This document shows positions 41,200 to 53,718 of a DNA stretch of 64,000 bases, in pieces. A program made the translations under genes and the position numbers. Source of the DNA: a virus. The stretch lies in the IMG/VR virus record IMGVR_UViG_3300043398_000057. The stretch is one strand, 5' to 3'. The notes under the pieces are model-generated. The model was not told the DNA's origin. It made no database searches and saw nothing but the letters and a program-made list of their open reading frames with translations. Numbering within the stretch: position 1 is the stretch's first letter; the number at the start of each line of letters is the position of its first letter.

Positions 41200-41526
41200 T
41201 TTTCAGTCCAGTGCTTGTTTCAATGACTGTATTGTGAGCGAAGTCAAAAACTTTGTCAACAATACCCTCAAAAAATTTATGGCTTTTGTTTCAGTTCTTT
41301 GAGTTGATCGCGAAGAGTTTCCACGAACTTTGTCCGCGATTCCTCGGTCATTCCTTCAGAACCGAAAATGGATTCATAGTCATCCATCATTTCCTGAATT
41401 TTACCGGTTCCGCCAGTGTACTTGACACACATCATGGTGTATCCAGCCATAGAGAAAAGCGCCATTGCTTGAAACTGATCCATCGACACGGTAACAGTCT
41501 TTTGGTCGGTATCGAAATTTTTCATA

Positions 41527-41829
41527 TCATGCCTTTGGTTTGAACATGGTTGCGAGGTCATAACTGCGAATCATATCGTCAGTCATTGCGGAAATGGTTT
41601 CATGAGACAGTCCATCGCGAATCATGAACGGTTCGCAAATCTTTTCACCACCGATTTTTGTGATAGTGATGATCACTCCCGACGCCATCATGTGATCAAC
41701 ACTCGCTTTCTTCAAATCCCTAGCGGCAGTGTGGTAAACACTGGCCTGTTGAGACTTGGCTTCAAGCAACTTTTGTTCCAACTGCTTGACTTGTTGTTCA
41801 AGTTGCTTGGTCTTGGAAATCTTGGTCAT
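41527..41829 (-). CDS. hypothetical protein
   Basis: 100-aa ORF behind a class B promoter. Confidence 0.6.
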   Translation of the reverse strand: MTKISKTKQLEQQVKQLEQKLLEAKSQQASVYHTAARDLKKASVDHMMASGVIITITKIGGEKICEPFMIRDGLSHETISAMTDDMIRSYDLATMFKPKA

Positions 41830-41902
41830 GATGAAACTCTTTGAAAACTTGTTAAGGTGAAGACAGTGTAGCAACATCTTTGAACACTGTCAACACATTT
41901 CT

Positions 41903-42361
41903 TCAAAATTTGAAAATTGCGGTAACCCGCTGATTCTTACTCATGTAGCCAGTGTCAATGATGTTTCCATCAATCACAGCGAAGATGTGAACACGAATGT
42001 GAACAGCGTAACGTCCATTCTTCAACATCGGCAAAACATTTTCAATCGTTCGCCCGGCGATGTACTCGATTTCGTCACGCTTGTACATTGTCAGATGCTT
42101 GAAACTGTTTGCGGCATTGGTTGTACCAACAATGTGTGTCAGTTTCATACCACACCATTCGGAAATTCTCACGATGCCGGGCAAATGCATACCGGTACCG
42201 TTTCTTTTGTAATCACATTTTTCAATCGCAAAACGTTCGATTGCCATATAGTCAATACCCGTGGCGTTTGCCATGGCACGGATGACACAATCGTTACGAA
42301 TCGTTTCGAAACGAACACCACCACGGGTGGGTTGAATGTACTTTTTGGCGATGTAGTTCAT
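41903..42361 (-). CDS. conserved phage hypothetical protein
   Basis: NDCVIRA.A.ATG..Y and H..AV.DG.I.D pattern. Confidence 0.65.
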   Translation of the reverse strand: MNYIAKKYIQPTRGGVRFETIRNDCVIRAMANATGIDYMAIERFAIEKCDYKRNGTGMHLPGIVRISEWCGMKLTHIVGTTNAANSFKHLTMYKRDEIEYIAGRTIENVLPMLKNGRYAVHIRVHIFAVIDGNIIDTGYMSKNQRVTAIFKF

Positions 42362-42693
42362 GATCACAGACCCTTACTTGCTGCACGAACACATTGTTCA
42401 TGGTAAGCAGAAAACGACCAATCAAACATTTCCTTGGTCTTGGAGTCAAACACAATGGCCCAAACATCACAGAGTGCCGTGTAACAGGTGTTGCGAATGA
42501 TTTGAGAACGGTAGTCTGGTGAACCCATGGTTCGAACCGAAGCATTCATGATAGTTGCGCCAAGTTTGATGGCGTTGTTCTTTGTCATGATTTGTCTCGA
42601 TGTGAAGTGTTGCGATGGAATGAATTATGGCCCCGAAGGGCCATCTTGTCAACACCATTTTAGTGGTGTGGTCATTGTTGTCTTTTTACAACA

Positions 42694-45600
42694 TCAATTG
42701 TTTTTCTTGTACTGCCTACCGAAGACGTAGTTCGCGTATTCCTTGTAGCCTTGACCCTTCTTGATCATCAAATCTTCGCCATGAGTCATGATGTTGAACG
42801 ATGTTGAGTCATTCTCAATTCTGACAACAGGGCCGCGACTCGTTCTATACACTTCAACATCAGGGTTCTTAAACATGCCGTCTTCATATTCACGATAGTC
42901 AATAACACCATCATTTGTTGGAATCATACCATCAGTGAAAATGAATTCGATCACATGTTTAGGAGTTTGATACTTCATGGTGGACTCGTCAATTTGAACC
43001 GATTCGGTAAGCGAGTCGATGCTTGTTTGCAACCATTCACGCAGTTTCTTAGTTGACGTTGTACGAACCTTGAAAACCTTCACAATCCGAATCATCATCT
43101 GTGGCGCGTTCACCGCGTATTCGGGCGAAACCAAACGACTCGGATAACCATTTGGCAAACCAGTGTTACCACCATACCACCAAGTCTTACCAATTTCACT
43201 ATTGGAAGTTGGCTCATAAACTTCAAGTTGGAACAAATAACCAATTTCGTCATATGTTCGCGCGTAACCATGATCCGAAATGTACTGTTGTGACTTGTCG
43301 GCAGTTTGGGTGTAGTAAATGCCGTTGACTTTCGCTGTACCTTCCTGTGCCTTAACTTTTACATCATTGACCTTATAGTTAGCAAGATAATAACCCTTTT
43401 TGTAGGCGTCATCAAGGCTTGGGAAAGGATCATTTATAGCACTGATTTCAACCGCTGGCTTAGTGTCATCAAATCGTCCGAATCTGAGATTCTTACATTC
43501 CAACATTTTACCAGCAACCTTAATCGGCCCGCCACTCTTCAAAAGTTTGAAACCGTATCGAGTGATGAAAGTTGCAGCGCGAGAACCGCAACCATGGAAA
43601 ACATCAGTTCGCAATTTGTACTGAACATTGTTGTCGGCCCAAATTTTCAACATTGCGGCAATCATCTTTTCATCACTGATTTTCGATTCAAAAATGTCTT
43701 CAACAATCATCGCAAAGTCACCATGCTTACCATTTGAACGATCAGCAAGATATTTTGTGGCTTCGATCCTATCCTTCAGCGATGGGTTTGCTGGAGTAAT
43801 CATCTGAGGTTTAACGTAAGGCGTGAAATTATCAAAATCGATGGTATCGGGATCAACACCTTCCATGATCGAATCTGTGTCAACTTCATTAACCCACATC
43901 AACTTATGAATAAGACCGGCTTCCAGTGGTTCATTAGGAACAATCGGGCTACCTTCATTGTAAGACTTTGCAACACGTTCACCAGCGGCAAAGTAAATGA
44001 CCTTCTTCTTAGCTTCTGGTGGAAGCGACTTCATCGCTTCAGTAAACCCAGGTTCATCATTTCGCGCAGCAAAGAATCTGTAAGCACTTTCGATAACTTT
44101 CTCTTTCTTCAGGTTTCGAGACTTGTCATATTGACGGAACGCCAATTCGATAGTTTTTTGATCACTGATAAGACTTGCAAATTCCGTGATATCAACAGCT
44201 TGTGAACCAGTCGGGGAGAAAATCTTTTGACCGACCGACAATGAGTTCATCGCGATATTGTAGAGTTCGGGGAAAAGTTGAGCCAACTTTGTCGCAACAT
44301 CAGAGTCCATGATAGACAGTGATGGAACGTTTTTGATGTTTGGTTCGGTACCGTAATTCAATTGGGCATCTTTCCAAAGATTCACAATTCGTTCGGCATC
44401 GGCCATACTACCGGCACTATTGAGCAAAATACCTGAGAATGACTGATTGATTTGATCAGCGTAGTTTTCAAGAATGAATTCTCTAAACTTCTTTGAAATT
44501 TTGCTGGCGACACGGAACAAAGAACCGATGAAAATTTCATGAACGTTCGTTCTATAACCATCGAGAAGTTTGTCAAACAGTGCAGGATGAACATCAACGT
44601 AATGATCCAATGAGGCGTTCAACAAATCGAACGAATCGTGCACTTCGGCATGGCGAATCATGGAAGTACAGGTTTCAGTTTCCAAGATTTTATGCGCAAC
44701 GTTTGTGTGAATGTTGACAACCGAATCATGGAAGTACAGCGCGAAGTTGCCATAGTTTTTGTTGTAGAACGCCGAAATACACCAGTCAACGAATTTTTCG
44801 TTAGTTTTACGGTATTCAATGATTTGAGCGATTGCTTGGAAATGAGTATCAGAAAATTTGTCGGCAGGGTGAATATCAGCAATCAGTCTAACAAGATTGG
44901 CAAGGTTTGGCGGAATGCATGAGGTGTCATAGTACCTCGAATAACTATCAAACTGTTGCAAAAATGTTTTATACTTTGATGCGTCATCAAGATTGAACGA
45001 ATTTGCATCCTTTTCATATTTTGCAAAAATCTCGTTCAGTGAACCACTTTTGTATTTTTCCAGTTTGAAAGAAATTGGAACAAGTTTGTAGTGACCCAAG
45101 TATTCCGTGCTATCAAAATTCTTCAGTGCTTCCATGAGTGCATCATATTCAGCATCATCAGAAACCACATACTGATCATATGTGTCCATGGCAAGTGCCA
45201 AAATAACATCGGGGGTTTTCTCGAATGTAAATTTGTCATCGCCTATCACACCAACGGGGAAGAACTGCTTACAAGCTCTGAACGCGCACACGCTACCACC
45301 ACTAAGATGGGGTTTGAATTCCAACTCGCCGCTGCGCATAGAATAGTAGCTGTAATTCGAAAAATCGTCCTTACCCGTGTTCGTCAGCGTAGAACCCGGG
45401 AAAATCTCAGAGAAGTTGACCAACATCCAACGTTGGGCGGAATTGATTGTACCAAAGTCAACACTTGATGGAGCGTTGAAAATATACTGAGCCAGCATCA
45501 ACCAAAAGAATTCATTACCGGTTGCCTTTTTGTAGAAACCAGAATTCACCAAACCCTTCATGAAAGAATCAAACCGTGCGCCGGAATCGGATTCATCCAC

Positions 45601-47031
45601 AACAAATCTGACGGTGTTTTTCGGATATTGTTCAAAAGCATGGAATGCATAATCATATGCACTCTTCGAACTGTAATAGTATGACGAACGATAGAAATAC
45701 TTGTTGACCCCCTTTGAGTTTCGTTCTGTTGAAATGTTGTACTCATATTTTGTTGCCTTGAAATATGCATCAAAAAACTTCTTGGCATTATCCTTATCGG
45801 CGTTTGCGATGGCATCATTGATTTTGTAAGAGTATTTGTACATGTCATCATTAGCGTTGATGTATTCCAAAAACTCTGTAACATCAACACGCTTGGCAAC
45901 CTTATCAAATTCACCATTGATCAAGTTGACAAACATGTTCTTCATTTGCAATGGCGTAAACGATGATGGCGCGGCCAAAGTCTTACTACCCTTTGGTGCA
46001 CGACCGCGTTTTGCCGGTGCTGTAGCAACCGGTGCCGGTGAGGGAGTTGCAACCGGTGCCACAACCGGTGCCACAACAGGTGCAACAGGTGCCACAACCG
46101 GTGCAGCAACAGGCGCGGGAGTAGGTGCAGGCGTTGCAACGCGAGACACAAACGGTTGCGAGAATTGCGAAACGGGCGTAACCAATGGTTGAACAATTGG
46201 ACGAACCACGGGCTGAACAACGGGTGCTGTAGGCACAACAGTGGCAACAGGTTGAACAATTGGACGGGGCGGGGTCACAACCGGTGCTGGAACTGGTGTG
46301 GGTGCCACAACAGGTGCCGGTGCTGGAACTGGTGTGGGTGCCACAACAGGTGCCGGTGCTGGCGTGGGCGCAGGGGTTGCAACCGGCGCAGGCGCGGGCG
46401 GAGTCACACCAGCTTTAGGTGTACCCTTGGGACCAAGTTCACCAACAATCTTAGGGTCATACGAATCGAAACCGTTTGAGCCAACATAGTGAGTTGCAAG
46501 CCGCTTAAATTCAGCAGCAACCTTTTGACGAGCCTTAGAGTAGCCTTGAATGTCTTGCCAAACAAGAACACCAACTTGTTGAATGCTGTATGTGCCGGTG
46601 CGCCACTTGGTGAACTGATTCTTCAGAATCGTCGATGGTTTGAAATCCGGATCACGCAACATTTCCTTTGCAAGACCGCGCAAAATAGTTTCATCAATTT
46701 GACTTGACGACAAGTTGCCTTGCTTGATCTTGGCGAACAGAAGCGTGAACTTGTCGGCCAGAACCCGACTCATAACACCACCTTCAACAGCCAGCTTCAC
46801 CGACAGTGAAATGTCATTGTTTGCGTCACCAATGTTGTCAAACCGAATCGACTTGTCATTGATGAAATAGTTCTTAACAGCGTGACCACCTTGAGTATCA
46901 CCAATGGCATACAGACCAAGAATGCCAAAAATGTTGATAATCAGTGCATCAGACTATTGTTGCTTGTCGGCAACCAATGCATCCTTTTCTTGGGCATTGG
47001 TGTAAAAGGTGTTTTCATACAAACGTTTCAT
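42694..47031 (-). CDS. large Alt-like ADP-ribosyltransferase (about 1445 aa), one in-frame TAG
   Basis: PARP-like FHG..I.RYGF..GKML..GIY...DKS.QY..PEY near the C-terminus; ATG 47031 with GAGG RBS; TAG 46954-46956. Confidence 0.7.
46010..46410 (-). repeat. Pro/Ala/Val/Thr low-complexity coding repeat
   Basis: PAPAPVVAPTPV-type repeats inside the Alt-like gene. Confidence 0.85.
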
Positions 47032-47085
47032 TATTTCTGAACCTCAATTTGTGGGTGATAAAGTATGGGTTACTTACCCAAATTA

Positions 47086-47514
47086 TTAAAAAAGCACAAC
47101 GGTCAGAACACCCGAATAGTATCGCCAAAAGTTCAACCGATTGTGGTTGCCGAAAATTGGGATGCGGATAGTTTCATCAATCATTTCCCACTGACGTTGA
47201 ACAGTCTTGTAATACGACACTTCATCTTTGTCGAAGTCTGTTGACCCGGAAACCTTCACGATAATCTCAGAATCGGTCACTGTCACCGAAATATCATTGG
47301 TTTCATTATCTCGTTCATACTGATATCCGGGAATGACGATATCGTAATAAGTTTCGAGTGCAACTTCCTTACCAGCAACTTCAACACACTTTTGTGAAAT
47401 GTTGATAGGTCTTGCAACCTTGTTTTGTTGAACTTCTTGTGGAATCGGGTAAGGAACCATTTCAGCACGGTCATTTAACTTGTGGGTGTAGATCGGTTGA
47501 ATCGCATTAAGCAT
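47086..47514 (-). CDS. hypothetical protein (possible Hsp20-like fold)
   Basis: IVIPGY..DISV.V..I.V.G..YSGVLTV pattern; weak. Confidence 0.45.
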   Translation of the reverse strand: MLNAIQPIYTHKLNDRAEMVPYPIPQEVQQNKVARPINISQKCVEVAGKEVALETYYDIVIPGYQYERDNETNDISVTVTDSEIIVKVSGSTDFDKDEVSYYKTVQRQWEMIDETIRIPIFGNHNRLNFWRYYSGVLTVVLF

Positions 47515-47530
47515 GGTGTCTCCTAGAAAG

Positions 47531-47560
47531 AAAAATGGGTGCCCATTTTAGCACCCATTT
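47531..47560 (-). terminator. intrinsic terminator after nrdA
   Basis: AAATGGGTGC..GCACCCATTT followed by T run. Confidence 0.75.
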
Positions 47561-47567
47561 GAACTTG

Positions 47568-49286
47568 TTACTGACAAGCCTCACAAATTTTTGGTTCGCT
47601 TGATTCTTGTGCAGCGTCACCATCTCGTGTTGAGTAGATGTAGTACAAACCCTTACAGTATGGATCGTTAATCGCTTGGCGGTGCAGCTTAACAATATCC
47701 CGTGGATTTGCATTACTAGGGATGTACAGGTTCAAACTCTGACCCTGATCTTCATAGCGTTGACGCGCCGATGCCAACCGAAGATGTGCGCCCATATCCA
47801 TCTCAAACGCAGTCTTGAAAACCTTCTTTTCATGGTCAGACAGCCAATCAACATCTTGAACCGAACCACGGTTTGCACCAATCTTCTTAAGAATCTCTGG
47901 TTTGTGCTTACCACGTTCTTTCATGATCGCCAACAGATATGGATTAACGCGATGAACCAATCCAGCGGGAGTAGTCTTGGTGAAAACCATAGCGGTATCG
48001 GGGTTGATACCTTCAGACACACCACCCATGATTTCGGCGGTTGACTTTGTTGGCGGATTCATCAAACGTGTCGCGTTACGAATACCAAGACCCTTACAGT
48101 GCTTAGGTTCACCCAAAATGCTTGCCAGCCACTTCGTTGCTTGCATAGATTCTTCATCAAAATGCTTTGCAATCTCAAGGTTCAGAATGTGGGCTTCAAG
48201 CGATTCAAACGGAATCATCTTACTCATGAACAGCGAATGAAGACCCATCTTGCCAAGACCCAATGCACGGAAATCTTCGGCAAACTTGACAGACTTTTCA
48301 AAACCGGGCACGCCACGGGCAAGTTCAATGAATTCTTGGTTAATGCAATCCAAGAAAACGGTCATCCAGAAAACAGCCTTGTTCGTCTTGATCTTGTCCC
48401 AATGGATCAGATTGATAGACGACAGAACGCAAACAAAGTTGTATTCTTCGGGGTCCGATGGCAGACACACTTCGATACAGAGGTTACTTGCGCGGATTGG
48501 ATAACCCGAACGCTTAATAGCTTCTGGTGCAAGTGCATTAGCCTTGTCAATAAAGAAAATGTAACCCTTACCGTAGGTCATGCGCAGTTTCATGATTTTC
48601 TTGAAACGACGATTCGCTTCCTTGTCACGGGAATTCAGCTTGTCGATGAACGTTTGTTTGAAAATCCAGCCCATGTTGAAATCATCGGGGGTTTCGTTCA
48701 GGAATGTCCAAACTTCATCAAAGTCGCCATGTTCAACATCAAGATAAAACGCGCATGAACCTCGACGGGCGTTACCTTGCGAAACATATGTCATGTCATG
48801 AATAATGCCAGCAATGATTGGCATCACACCTTCCGCCTTACCACCAATTGAAATGGGGGTGCCACGACAACGGATTCCACTCAGGTCAACGGAAGTGCCG
48901 AAACCCTTCTTCGTGTGCATTGCCAAAAGATGCTTGGTACTGTAGATGCCATCAATGCTATCGGGTGGCACAGCACCCATACAAGAAATCGGATACCCAT
49001 TTGTTGTACCGGTATTACTCAGAACAGGGGTGGAACCACTGAAGATGCCTTCCCAAAAGAAATTGAAAAAGTTTTCGTATGCCTCTTCGCGATATTGTTC
49101 GGGGAGATGCCTTGCAGCAGTCTTTGAAATTCGCTTGTACTGATCCTTAACGTTTGTAACGCCATTCAGATACTTCTTTTTGAACTATTGCCAACCGGCA
49201 GTGTTCCACCATTCTGGCATTGTTGCATCAGCTTGCATCTGCTTTCGTTCTTCTGAAAGCAGTTCATATTCAGTTTTGTCACTCAT
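47568..49286 (-). CDS. nrdA: ribonucleotide reductase class Ia alpha subunit, one in-frame TAG
   Basis: STPVLSN, PISC, QG..RRG, SNLCIE, C.LSS.N, PT.ST, QGQSLN, terminal CEACQ; TAG 49185-49187. Confidence 0.93.
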
Positions 49287-49292
49287 TATTCA

Positions 49293-50309
49293 TTACTCCA
49301 ATTCTTCATCGGCTTCAAGATAATCAAAATCGTCTTCAATCCACTTACGGGTATATTGCGAACCGGTAGCGTTGAAAAAGTCAATCACGTTGTAAGAGTT
49401 AATGTCATCATAGAACCATTCCCGGATAGGGTTGTAGGTAACGACAAACAAACTCTTCAGACCCAAATTGTGCAGACACTCATTCAAGCGAGACTTAACA
49501 AAGTTCTTCAGTTGAGTTGCGGTGATGCCCTTGATCGGACCCTTATCGAAGATTCTATCAGCAATGTAGGCTTCGTGTTCATAGATCGTTTCGGCAACAG
49601 CGTACAACGCCCGTTCGATATCTTCGCGCTTACCGTAACGTTGCTCAAGAATGCCATCTTCGATACAATCATTCATCAAATGACGGTAGCCGGTTGCACC
49701 AGCCAAACTATGAATGTTTTCGTCAACCAAACTGAAGTTCACGCCCGCAACAACGTTCTTCGCATCCGACTTACCGTTAGCTTGAAAGTGCTTGAGATAA
49801 GCAAAACTCGAATAGAGAATGGCACCCTCAACCATCGAGAACGCGCCAAGCGAAACCTAATCATTTTCGTGGTTGACAATCGAATCAATGAAATCCATTC
49901 TGGCCTTGAGAACAGGATCATTTGCATATTCCTCATAAAATTCATCAGTATCAAGACCGAAAATCTCATTGATCTTCTGATAGAAAGGCTTATGAATCGC
50001 CAACTCGAACGCTGCAAAGGTTGTACCCATGCGGGTAAACTCTGGACCCTTCATGATCTTGATGAAACGATTTGACCAATACTCTTCACCGGCAAACATT
50101 TCGTACTTGGTGAACAGCTTCAGGGTGTACAAAATGCCATGACGGGAAGATTCCGGCATTTCCACCATGATGTTTTGCTTATCCTTGTGCAACTTCACTT
50201 CTTCGGGCTACCAAGTGCCCGCAAGTTGCTTGTTTGTAAAATGTTGACTGTACTGAGGAAACGCCTCAACAATTTTACCTCTTCGATCTTCGTATGCCCG
50301 TACTTTCAT
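49293..50309 (-). CDS. nrdB: ribonucleotide reductase class Ia beta subunit, two in-frame TAG
   Basis: W*PEEV, FT.YE, E.AIH..FY, D*VSLGAFSMVEG..LYSSF, DENIH, DFF; TAGs 50208 and 49857. Confidence 0.93.
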
Positions 50310-51331
50310 TTCAATCCTTTACGCCATTTTCCATATTGAACCATAGCCTCCAAACCACTCACTTTATTTTCAAGAATATACTTTCTGAGGCGGGTTTTAC
50401 TTACTCCCAACTCAACCATTTTAGCAATATCTTTCGACACTTTGCTTGGAAATAAACAGATACTCCAACCTTGTCTAATACCTGTCTCGATATTCTTACA
50501 AACCTCATGATTGTATGGTTCGTTATCGTAAACCAAAATGGTTTTCGACTTGTCCAAATTCATCTGAGTTGCGATTGAGTGCAGTGCAGCATTCCCAGCG
50601 GCAAACGTGTTGTCAAGGCACAACGCATCCAACTGACCCTCAACCACAATTGTAACATCCGAGGTGTCAACCGTGTTGAACTTGAACGGAAAGTTTTTGA
50701 CTCTATCAGCATCCAAAATCTTGATGTACTTTGGATCAACACCAGTCAGTGTTCGAGCGATGATGCCAATAGGGGTATTCTTGTCATCAAAGTATGGAAT
50801 GACAAGTCTCGGATGGTCAGGAAGATCACTATCAAGATTCCACTTAACAGGGTCAACCTTAGAAGCATACTCAACAAAATTTTCCGCATAGTAGAACGGC
50901 CAGCCAGTCAACTTTCTCTCTTTGATGTACTGGTTTACCATGTGGTCTTTGGGAAGTGTTTCAACTTTGACCAATCCAACAAGGTAGTCAACCTCTTTGG
51001 GTTTAGGTGCGGCAAAGTCCGTAACAATGGTAGTCTTCTTTTTGAACGCGCCATTGTTTTGGGCAAAATTGTCCATGTTGTATTCACGGAACATGGTTTG
51101 ATCATATTCGCGCAAAAACATCTTGAACGGTTGACAATAATTGCAGTTGAAGCAACCCGCAAAAACAGTATCCCCGCGCTCGAAGAACCCAAAACGTTTC
51201 TTGTACTTGTTCTTCTTCGAGTCGCCGCAAAAGGGGCATCTAGCAACAGCCTTTATCGGCTTCCTGCTTAGATATTTGAACTGCTCAAGGGTCTGACCAA
51301 CCCTTTCAACATATTCGTGTTCACGGGCCAT
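50306..51331 (-). CDS. 61: DNA primase gp61
   Basis: RCPFCGDS..K.R..CFNC, RLVIP, EG..D, YDNEP. Confidence 0.92.
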   Translation of the reverse strand: MAREHEYVERVGQTLEQFKYLSRKPIKAVARCPFCGDSKKNKYKKRFGFFERGDTVFAGCFNCNYCQPFKMFLREYDQTMFREYNMDNFAQNNGAFKKKTTIVTDFAAPKPKEVDYLVGLVKVETLPKDHMVNQYIKERKLTGWPFYYAENFVEYASKVDPVKWNLDSDLPDHPRLVIPYFDDKNTPIGIIARTLTGVDPKYIKILDADRVKNFPFKFNTVDTSDVTIVVEGQLDALCLDNTFAAGNAALHSIATQMNLDKSKTILVYDNEPYNHEVCKNIETGIRQGWSICLFPSKVSKDIAKMVELGVSKTRLRKYILENKVSGLEAMVQYGKWRKGLK

Positions 51332-51726
51332 TATTGAAGACCCGAAATGTCAACCTTTGGTGGCGTTGGTTCATCATCGTCTTCGGTAATCATCATTTCT
51401 TGAAGACTATCCTCGACGGAGGAATCATGAATTTTCTTGAGTCCACTGTAAATGTTTTTGTAGAACTGTGTGTAATACAAACTCGCAACTTCCTGCATCG
51501 TCACATCAAACAGTGGAATTCGAAGGGTAGGGGTTTCGCTTGCGGCGGCAAACCCAAACGGAACAGGCGTAATCGTCACCATAGGCACACCATTTTCACC
51601 AACAACAATCTTTTGATTGAGAACGCAAGGTTTCAAAAGAGTTACAACACTGTCATCAGTTTCATCAAACTCACCGATGTAAGTTTGACCTTGTGTTGTG
51701 TGAACGATCATGATAACATTTTCCAT
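51331..51726 (-). CDS. Sm-like hypothetical protein (T4 61.1-like position)
   Basis: G..YIGE..L.KP pattern; synteny with gp61. Confidence 0.5.
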   Translation of the reverse strand: MENVIMIVHTTQGQTYIGEFDETDDSVVTLLKPCVLNQKIVVGENGVPMVTITPVPFGFAAASETPTLRIPLFDVTMQEVASLYYTQFYKNIYSGLKKIHDSSVEDSLQEMMITEDDDEPTPPKVDISGLQ

Positions 51727-51751
51727 ATTGGCCTTTACAAGTTGTTTGAAC

Positions 51752-53269
51752 TCATTGTAGCACAGGAAGGTTGATCAGTTTCGTGGTGAAATCATGTTGT
51801 TCTTCGGCGTATAACGTGACACGTTTACCAAAGTGATCCATACCAAAATTGACGACAACGGATTTCCCAATTTTCACTGACATATCATCAGCAATGTCAT
51901 ACAGGTTTGTCATGTTCTTACCGACCTTGAGTCTCAAAAGACGACCAATCGATTGAATGATGGTGTTACCAGACTTCATCGGATGGGCAAAGATCAAATT
52001 CTGCAAATTGGGGATGGACAAACCGGTTGAAAGGGTTTGGTAGTTGCTCACAATGATGCAGTCTTCGTTGTTGGCAATCTTGCGAATACTTTCCTTTTCT
52101 TCACTTGTGTTATCGCCAGTGACAAGGTAAACAGGCTTCTTAGAAATTTTACACAGTCGCTCATAAATGTAATCAGACTGCTTTTCTTTGAATCGAGTTA
52201 AAATCAAAGTGCAACCACTCAGCGCATTTGCCATACCACAAATCATGTTATTGCGGTTTCGGTTTGTAACAATGTAGTCAATCTCGGTTTCGTACTCGAA
52301 CTTTTTCTTCTTACCACTGACATTGACCAAACCCTTAACAATTTCAGGGTCATGCTTGACAACAATGCATTTGATAGTGATGGCGGTTGCCTTACCACTG
52401 TCAATCAGTTCTCGCGTTGTGGTTGTCTTGTGGATGTAACCTGTGATTGCCCGAATCACCATTTCGTTACACTTGGTTTCCTTGAGTGAACCGGTGAAAC
52501 CAAGACGCCATGCAGCATTGTGACAATTGTTAGCGATTGATTGAATAGACTTGCTGGACGCTTTGTGTGCTTCATCCAACATCTATGCACCATATTGCGA
52601 AAAATAGTCACTGTCTTCTTTACTGATCGATTGATAGGTAGAAACAATGATTCGCTTGGTGGTGTTCTTGTCTTGACCGGCAGTAATCTTGTGAAGGTTT
52701 GCAGAAACATCAAACCCATTGTTTCGGCTGTATTCAATGAAGTCAGTTTCCATCTGTGTCACAAGCGCAACAGTTGGCACGACCAAAAGAATTTTTGCAT
52801 CAGTGACATTAAGTAGATGCCGAATGATGGTATAGATGATCAGTGACTTGCCCGATGATGTTGGAGAATGGAACAAGACTTTCTGACTGTTGATACCGTC
52901 AACAATCGCGTCAATCTGGTAGTCATAAACCTCGATGGGAACACCCTCACGCATGATTTTGAAGTCTTTACACAACTGCACAACTTCTTTTCGTGTGGTG
53001 ACTGCAAGGTTTTCACCAAAACCATCGAATGTGTATTGAACACCAAGTTGTTGCAAGGCTTCTTCGATGTTGGTCAACAGACCAGAACCAAAGTTTCCGT
53101 ATGCATCAACACATGAGATGGTACCATCCCAAACCTTAGCCTTGAATCGTGGATGATATTTGTAACCATCAGCGAAGAAACAAAACTTTTCCTTCAACTT
53201 TGAAATGACCAAAGAATCTGCGCCCTTGACTCGGTAAACAGCCTCTGAGCGTTTTTGAATAACTGCCAT
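51752..53269 (-). CDS. uvsW: UvsW helicase, one in-frame TAG
   Basis: PTSSGKS, STYQS, YGA*MLDEAH, GFTGS, QSIGRLLR; TAG 52583-52585 joins two ORF-track fragments in frame. Confidence 0.93.
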
Positions 53270-53718
53270 CAGTTCACACCTTGTTGGAACTTTTGCCAGT
53301 CAATCACAGACCGCAAAAGATATGTTCGATTGTTGATTTCCTTGATGATGGATTCGCAACTTTTGATAAGCGTTTCCAAGTATTGCACCCGATTCTCGAT
53401 CTTCACGACTTCTGGATGGGCAGAAATCTTTTCTTCCATCTGAGTCTTCAGAGGTTTGTTGAATCTGTACTGATCCCACCCGCGCAAGCGCAGTTCATCG
53501 GTGTTCATCTCACCACTGTAATACTTGGTCAGTGCAACCTTCAGTTCAGAGTATTTCACAACATACTCACGTTGCTTGAGCCTGTAGTTTTGAAGGATTT
53601 TGATGTACTTGGAGTGAAGAATTGGGCAACGGTAAAGTTCACCCAAAACGTCAGTCTGATCCATTGCGCAATCAGTCTCCCATTCTGCCATCAATTCGTC
53701 ATGTTTAACAAGTTCCAT
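53269..53718 (-). CDS. uvsY: UvsY recombination mediator
   Basis: D..D....P.LHSKY, YYSG, R..I.W.KF..G. Confidence 0.88.
   Translation of the reverse strand: MELVKHDELMAEWETDCAMDQTDVLGELYRCPILHSKYIKILQNYRLKQREYVVKYSELKVALTKYYSGEMNTDELRLRGWDQYRFNKPLKTQMEEKISAHPEVVKIENRVQYLETLIKSCESIIKEINNRTYLLRSVIDWQKFQQGVN

Noticed and set aside
15465-42655. Repeated 50-nt element as a CRISPR repeat or mobile-element end
   Set aside because: Copies are dispersed, intergenic, co-oriented and match TTGACA-17-CATAAT promoters; there is no array or transposase.
43320-43505. Mini-intein in the ART domain (insert begins near Cys and ends in Asn)
   Set aside because: Only about 60 aa, followed by Gly rather than Cys/Ser/Thr, with no intein block motifs.
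1105-51774. Long plus-strand ORFs antisense to recognised genes (e.g. 1105-2238, 14275-15252, 49356-50075, 50579-51271)
   Set aside because: Shadow ORFs of the minus-strand genes, with no recognisable motifs.
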